A DNA stretch of 43,844 nt, taken from the NCBI GenBank assembly GCA_000934665.2, contig JYFJ02003289.1:1-43844 (forward strand), given 5' to 3'. The position numbers were made by a program, and so were the translations under genes. The stretch is from Catajapyx aquilonaris. Its lineage: Eukaryota. The notes under the pieces are model-generated. The model was not told where the DNA came from. It saw nothing but the letters and a program-made list of their open reading frames with translations, and searched no databases. Shown in pieces: positions 37,311-43,844 of this stretch. Position 1 is the first letter of the stretch; each line of letters begins with the position of its first letter.

Positions 37311-38392
37311 ACTTTTATATTAGAAGTTTCAAACTGATTAGTTTAGTAACGAATTAAGGTATCATACAAGAGATATAGGCTTTTTACAGAAACCCATACT
37401 CCTCTTCCCTCTATCCACCCGGCAAGCTTATCAAAAAAGAAATGATCAGCTCTTGTACAGTCAATATTTTCTTTCGCATAAGAAAACAACCGACGAAATT
37501 GAATGTCGCTTACTCCCTCCGCTGCACTTCTCTCTTTCTCCTGTATGCTTTATAATCATGTTCATGTTATGTTATGCCCACCGGTGCATATGCCAAAACA
37601 CTGCAGTGTGACATACAGTATTCTGAACCATCCTTCAACGCGACAAATTGAACCTCCGTTTTGCCAAGTTAGTGCTAGAATTTCCGTGAATAAAGAGCTG
37701 GGACCACTATAACATTTCTGTCATGGCTGCCGACTCGGAAGTGAAGGTGTGGCCAATAGTAACACTTCACCTACCCTGTAGTATACAGTTTATGACGAAG
37801 CAATTTGTTCTGCGTGAGAAGTACGACGCAGGTTGAGGTTCCCATTTACATGATGTAAGGTAGAACGTGAGTGTCCCTAATACCATTTGGTGGATAGGAT
37901 ATAATTATACAGAAGTGGCCTGGAGCACCTGGTGCCAATCACTTGCGGTTTGTTATGCGCACTTGCAGTAGTAGGTCTACATAGTTTCGCTTGGACATTC
38001 GGAATCTACTTCATCACGTGTTATGTGCCAAGTCATGACAAAGCTGCAAGCTTCGGGGCTCATCAGTTGGCACATTACTCACTGGCGCGTGAAACGCATG
38101 CCATTTAGGCAGGTACAATTATTCAGCGAAGAGTGGAGAGGGAGGTGTGTTTGTCCTCTCCAAAAGAATGGCACAGGAGAGATCACGCCATCATGTAACC
38201 ATTCCTCTGGTCATACGGAAATCACGCTCACTTCAGCTTCATTTAATTGGCCAGAATTCTCTAATATGACTAATAGCGTACAAATTGTACATTCCTTCAT
38301 CTAAAATCAGGCATCACATCACGATTTTTTGTAACATGTTTATTTCCCTGTCAAGCAACACCTATAATGATTATATGTATTGTGCAACATAC

Positions 38393-38638
38393 CATCCAAT
38401 GTACCAGGGCTGCGAACCGGCTGTCATCTGCGCTCGTTCTTCACTCATGTTGAACACTTCGGCCAGGCTTCCAAAATCCGTCTCGTAAGGGAAAAAGAGG
38501 CAGTCGTCACCCAAATGCTCCAACGAATTGCTGCCCTCGCTGTATAGACTCTTGAAGAACTTGAAGCTGAACGTTTCAGACGCAGTCCAGTTGATTTGCG
38601 CGTCTGTCACAACCACAGGTCGACCAGAATACGCAAAT
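38393..38638 (-). CDS. JmjC/cupin-like oxygenase, second exon found
   Basis: gacag|A TTT GCG...GGA TG|gtatgt. Encodes FAYSGRPVVVTDAQINWTASETFSFKFFKSLY...CLFFPYETDFGSLAEVFNMSEERAQMTAGSQPWYIG(W). The PVVV..W motif is typical of the entry to JMJD6/JMJD8-like cupin domains. 246 nt, phase 2 to 2. Confidence 0.92.
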
Positions 38639-39447
38639 CTGTCGGCAGAACCATGGGTACAGTGAATGCAACATTCATGTATCATTAAAGCAACACAACA
38701 AACAGCATCCTGCAATGTTAACGCTTTGATTAATAACTAATTCATATATTTCGATCAGACCCAGACTCGCTACATAGTATATAGCGCAGGGCATGACGTT
38801 TTAATCAAATCTGCATAGAACATGAGAATATCCGCACCGCTTTGGGGGCTGCACGGAGGTACAAAATGGTAATTAAGCAATAAAACGAAGCGTGCTAATC
38901 TGGTTGCAAAGCTAAGGGAATCTGAGGGCATAAAATAGGATCTATTCAAGCCCAGACCGCAAAGACGTAATAGTAGCGCAGCAGGATCATTTGCATATCG
39001 ACGCCTGCCTTCGGAAGAGCTTACATTCTTGGCTCGGTTGGCGACAGTCCCCATTCTAATTGAAAGAGATTCATTTTGGCACCGTGCTGGGGAAAGGAGT
39101 AGACAGAGAATGGAAAGTAAATTGAACGTGAAATGGAGAATGGCTCTCCTTCCGAGCGCCATCCGAGTTTCTGCACTCTCGGCAACGGAAACAAAGAAAT
39201 ATACGGTGTCTGCACATGCATGCCATTAACTTTTTTTCTTCCAGCCTTGAAGGCAGAGCCTTAAAAAAGGTTCAGTAGCTTGACTGGAAAAGTTTCCCAA
39301 GCATGACATAAAAGTGGTGTCATTGATAAATACCGTATACAGTGCGATATATTGGCATTGCATCATAATAATATGCCAGTGTAAGTACTTGTATATCATA
39401 CAGAATCAAGTACACTGCGTCCAAAGCAAAAATAAAAGGGAACCCAC

Positions 39448-39572
39448 CTGTCTTCAAATTCTGAAGCAGCTATATGGTCCACCTTTTCGACTCTGTCTAC
39501 TTCTTGGCACATGGAGCAGTCCACTGGAGGACGGAAAACTTCCATGACAAAACTGGGACTCTCAATGGTGCA
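39448..39572 (-). CDS. JmjC/cupin-like oxygenase, first exon found (internal; gene is 5'-incomplete here)
   Basis: ttttcag|TGC...GAC AG|gtgggt. Encodes CTIESPSFVMEVFRPPVDCSMCQEVDRVEKVDHIAASEFED(R); 125 nt, phase 0 to 2. Not present in this frame in the ORF track. Confidence 0.88.
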
Positions 39573-40182
39573 CTGAAAATGAAATGTTCGTAAGTAATCA
39601 GCTCCAGATTATTATTTAGGGCGGGTACAATAACCCAATATAAGCTACCCTGGGCGAAAATGCCATAATTAACTGAACTGCAGTATAATATGCTCCCCCA
39701 CCGTATACACAATACATTGTGGTCTCCTAAACTATACAGCAGAGGTTTGAAGGTTTAACATGGTAATATACCATGTTAATCGGTCATAAAGAATGTTGCA
39801 ATTATAAACTACGATAACTGCCAAACTTGAAACTTCCACTGCAATTTATAGAAGTAAACAGACGATAATTTATATTTTTAAAATGACCTAATAAAGGCGT
39901 GGTTCTTTCCCCTATATACTTTTCCACGAGGTATAGGTGACATTTAAACTTGTGGTCAACCAATGAGACAGTGTCCTTACTAAAAGGTCTATTGGTTTCC
40001 AACGAAAACGTCAAGGTGTGCCTAGTGGGAATGGCTACAATGGGTGAGAGGTGACAAAGGCTGACCTTCACGTGCTTTGTGCCCTTCAAGGCAAAAATGG
40101 GGTAAAAATCAATGTATATTTCAGTCCTGTAATGCGATCTTAAAAAGGCTCTTCTAATTTCTTGCCGGCCAATGTTTTCTTA

Positions 40183-40311
40183 AGGGCCGGTTTCACCGAG
40201 CTCAGTATATGATAAAACCTGGGTTCTTTCTCAAAATCCCTATCTCTTTGTATGGGATTTTCCTAAAGAAACCTGGTTTTATCATATACCAAGCTCGGTG
40301 AAACCGGCCCT
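40183..40311. mobile_element. Palindromic MITE, about 129 bp
   Basis: AGGGCCGGTTTCACCGAGCT...AGCTCGGTGAAACCGGCCCT termini, symmetry continuing almost to the centre, TA on both sides. GGGCC ends with TAA/TTA flanks would also fit PIF/Harbinger. Confidence 0.8.
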
Positions 40312-42089
40312 TAGTTACCTTGTGACCGTTTTCAAAACATTATATGAGTCACTATCATTGCTACATCACAAAACTGCGTGGTCTTGTCATGTGGTAATAT
40401 TTTTACGAATTCGTACTTCATAGAAAGCTTTTATTGATATTCCCGAAGTTATGAGGTGCATATGAATTTAAAATATAATTATTGCCTAAAATGCCACGTT
40501 TATTCTCTCATGCGTAGATTTATTGTGTAATCACTGTAATGAATAAGCAAGCGTTATCCATATTTATCCCTATATTTGTGTTCTACCTCGTAGGTTTACT
40601 ACGGAGAGAGAGCTACCGAATAGTGCACCGGTTTCTGATAGGAATACATCTAGATCTAGAGATACCAGTAAATTATTCATCATGCACGCGCAAACATGAG
40701 CATCTAAATTCAAGCTACTCTGGGCCCTCGCTAATGAGTCTCGACTTCATCTGTGCTGTAGGTTCATCCTGTCCGTGAATTCGCATGCCCTAGTTGTATA
40801 TGTATTGAAATAGGCAAATTCTGCAGGATGGTATATACACACTGTGGTAATAAGGGATTCAGATTCAGCCTTCCGAGAAAAGGAAGACGGAGAGCTCGAC
40901 GTTTCTTATATGAACTGAGCCGTTCAAGAAATTATTCCTTAGCAGAGAATTATGGGGATAATACGAATGGAAAAGCCAAGTAAGCAGAAATTCAGTGGTT
41001 TACTAGGGATTTCGGGCTAGGAGATGAGAGGATGCTGCGGCATGCCAAATGCTGTCTGGTTTTGAAATTCATTACAAGTTGGTTTTGGGACGCATCGCTG
41101 TTCCTCACTAGCAAATGAAGGCTGCTTTTTTGCTACACGCTTTACAAAATTGTATTACTTATGCAAATATTTTACATTGTGGAGACAAACTGTTGTGAAG
41201 TTTTGAACGTACCTGCGCCAAAACGGGTCTACTTTTCTCTGTTCCGAAAATTCCGGTGGTTCGATAAAGTGAGATGCAATAATGGAAATCCTCGATATAA
41301 AGGTCGTATTTCGACATACTGTACCGTTAGAGGAAATCACCGAATCGAAATCCCAATCCCCATTTGACGGTGCCAATCGCATTTCTTCCATTTGGGTGAC
41401 CAAAGTAACAGGGTCTCGGATCCTGTCTTCTGCAAATTACTCGCTTCCATGCACACATTGATTGGAAGCCCTTATCCTTTTATGACCCACTATACATCTC
41501 CCTCTACTCGAGGAAGTTCCTTCAGGAGATTAGATACTGCTTCACATCCTTGTTCATTGATAGGTACTCACGTGTATCTCACCTTTATGTTCAGACTTTA
41601 TTATATGGTTATAGCTACACAAAACCACTGTTTATTTCAATACTGTACAAATGAAGACCTGGAATTCACACAAATTCTATATACATCTCAGTAGAGATAC
41701 TTGTAAGATTAGTGAGAGAATAACATAGAAATACACTCATGGCTATATACTGTACAGTACCGCATATTAGACTGCTGTATATGACTGCATATTGATTTGA
41801 ATAGCCACTTACTGTACATAAATCTTAGAGATGAAATTATAACAGGTTTCACATCATTCTACAACAATACCGAAAAACGCTTGAAAACTTGGAAGTCTCC
41901 ATCTTTCTTCCGACCAAAATTTTGATCACTGTGAACAAATTGATATTGCCACGTAGGCCGAACTACTTTATACCAAGCGGTACTGTACTACGTCGCGGAA
42001 AACTTTTTTAAAAGGGGTGAACGACCCTCGTTAGCAAGTTTTATATAAAAAGGTAAAAGAATGGCGTTTTGGCACCACCACCAATATGG

Positions 42090-42360
42090 AGAGCAATTTC
42101 TTTGAGATCAAGGCTCCTAGACAGGCCGGGCCGGTGGATAAAGCTCTTTGGCTCCATTCCATAACCTTGGGTCATATATTTTTTTTCACCCCATTCGCCC
42201 AAAATGAGATGGGCGGTTGGAGAAATGTGTGCATGGGAAATGAAGTGGCGGGCAGACGACGGGCGGGATTCTGCATCGAATGGCGGAGATACAGCCTCCC
42301 GCTCTCCGAAAGCTTCAGATGGAAACCTTCTGATAGCATGAATACAAAGGAAGCGTCATG
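42090..42360 (-). mobile_element. Decayed LINE RT-domain fragment, relative of 9400-9700
   Basis: ORF-track peptides FTPFAQNEMGGWRNVCMGNEVA and FTPFTLNETRLWRNVCLENEMA show the homology; both are probably antisense readings. Confidence 0.45.
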
Positions 42361-43322
42361 ACGCCATCTCGTTGAGGCCTAGAGTGTAGAAACTCACCTC
42401 CCGTCGCCCATTTTATGCGACAAACTTTATGCTTGACGACTGGCGTAAACCGAGCGCTTACCCGTCTAATTGCGTTTTCTTGTTAAACATGGGAATCACC
42501 TAGGAATTTGCAGATGTGAATGGGCGATAAAGTTTGGGAGGTCAAGCACAAATTTTATCGCTACCTTGACCTCGTTCGTTGGGGAACCGAAAGGGTAATA
42601 ATTATGGCAATTACCGGTTCAGGATGTCAACGGAGACTTGTTACTTTCACTCTAGATTTCATTCTAAACGAGAAACTCAGGCACAGGAAGCCAGATCATA
42701 CCCTGGTGTGAAACAGCTATTACCTGCATTGTAGGTAATTCCCAAAAGTATAGTGTAGTCTACAATAAACACAACCCTTATAATGGTTTAATTAGCAAGA
42801 GTGCCGGCTCGTATATTAGCACACCATTTATGCTTGCCATGTCCGGGGAAACGTCACTGTCGCGTAAACCCACATGGCCTGAAAAGATGTGCATACATTA
42901 TTTTAAAGAGATAAGACGCTATCCGTTTCCCTCTGCCAACTTTTTGTAGGTGTCTAGAAAAATATGAGGGGGAAAAAAGGTGGTCTAGTTTCCCTCAAAC
43001 TTCCCAGCAGATAATGAGTTTGAGGCGGAACAAGTCATGTGCGCAGTTCCTGCTGGTGACAGCGTGACGTTATTTCCATATCCCATCACTCCAGAGAGGG
43101 CCTTTCCGCCTTGACTGGTCAAACTTTATTACAAGTGACAGCTGAGCCTCAGCGCAACTCATTATGGCTTACTTCAGAGCTAGAAATATTGCGGCAGGAA
43201 TATTCAGAAAAGCTGTTCCGAATATTTAATATACGTATTCCCTCCGGATCAGTCAGGCAGCCTATCAGAGACTACGTATTTCCTTTCTTTAAAATAAGGT
43301 ATAGGCATCCGTATGCTGTATC

Positions 43323-43746
43323 CAGGAAGTAAAGGTACGTCCTACCCCACTCCGGATCAGCCAGGTGATCATTTCAAGGATAGTCATCGTGGGTCTCCAC
43401 GGCCTACTTACCCAGAAAATGGGTTTCAAACACGATGTATAAAATATCCTGGCAGGTATGCGTCCCTCCGGGCAACCTTATCCTTTTCATTTTAATTTTG
43501 AGTTCTTCAATATAATTTTATTGTTATTAGATGTGATCCCATTAGGTGTAGCAGGCAATTGCCTCAGAGGCGATGGAAGTGTCTCATGCTGTATTCGTGA
43601 CATAAAAGATGATGTAATGCACTCTTCATTTAATGCTAAACTCGGTAACTTGGCTGCGGACCCACGACAGCAGTCCTGGAATGTACTCAAAATGATTGCC
43701 TAGAACCATCCAACAAAGTTAAGGTACGTTAAATTTTCGCACCCTG
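43323..43746. mobile_element. Diverged SINE-free relative of the 19866-20666 MITE
   Basis: Shares GTATAAAATATCCTGGCA.GTATGCGTCCCTCC, TAGGTGTAGCAGG, GGCGATGGAAGTGTC, TACTCAAAATGAT.GCCTAGAACC and the terminal ACCCTG-TA. Left boundary approximate. Confidence 0.7.
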
Positions 43747-43750
43747 TATA

Positions 43751-43844
43751 CAGGGTGTTTACGACCTAACTTTACAAACTTCTAGGGGTGATAGAGGGGA
43801 CCAAGACAAACATATTTGACCTAGCAACCCGTGTCCGGAAACGC
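43751..43844. mobile_element. Left end of another Tc1/mariner-type element, cut by the window edge
   Basis: TA-CAGGGTG start directly after the preceding element's CACCCTG-TA; the TGATAGAGGGG motif is shared with the 19866 TIR. Confidence 0.55.

Noticed and set aside
38023..38075. Hammerhead-ribozyme-like layout on the minus strand: 9-bp stem ATGTGCCAA/TTGGCACAT enclosing CTGATGAG-CCC-CGAAG
   Set aside because: The core has GAAG rather than GAAA, the cleavage-site triplet is GAC rather than NUH, and stem III does not register. At best a dead relic.
41155..41403. Possible 5' exon of the JmjC gene (donor CAG|gtacgt near 41212; another donor at 42397)
   Set aside because: The only phase-0 peptide (MSKYDLYIEDFHYC...) has no family or signal-like features, and the 42398 candidate has an in-frame stop. 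The true 5' exons are unresolved and may lie outside the window.
1..43844. Prokaryote-type systems (CRISPR arrays, operons, defence islands) or an intact transposase/viral ORF
   Set aside because: No regularly spaced repeats and no long uninterrupted ORFs; spliceosomal introns and SINEs show this is eukaryotic DNA.

Overview
Eukaryotic, AT-rich genomic DNA, probably from an invertebrate/arthropod (inferred from gene and SINE types). Most ORF-track entries are noise; the real genes are spliced. (1) A minus-strand JmjC/cupin 2-oxoglutarate/Fe(II) oxygenase-like gene: five phase-consistent exons from 39572 to the stop at 28451, HxD...H triad intact, 5' exon(s) not found. (2) A compact minus-strand gene at 948-3545 that I do not recognise: about 439 aa from 8 exons, six of seven introns 58-76 nt, possible GC-AG donor. 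(3) A tentative plus-strand chain of small phase-compatible exons (8962-26495). The rest is repeat-rich: two TSD-flanked tRNA-derived SINEs (one nested in a Tc1/mariner-type MITE, with a SINE-free relative at 43.3-43.7 kb), several palindromic MITEs and hairpins, and many decayed fragments of an I/Nimb-like LINE. I found no clearly new system; the unrecognised mini-intron gene is the best candidate. All gene models and alignments were made by eye.
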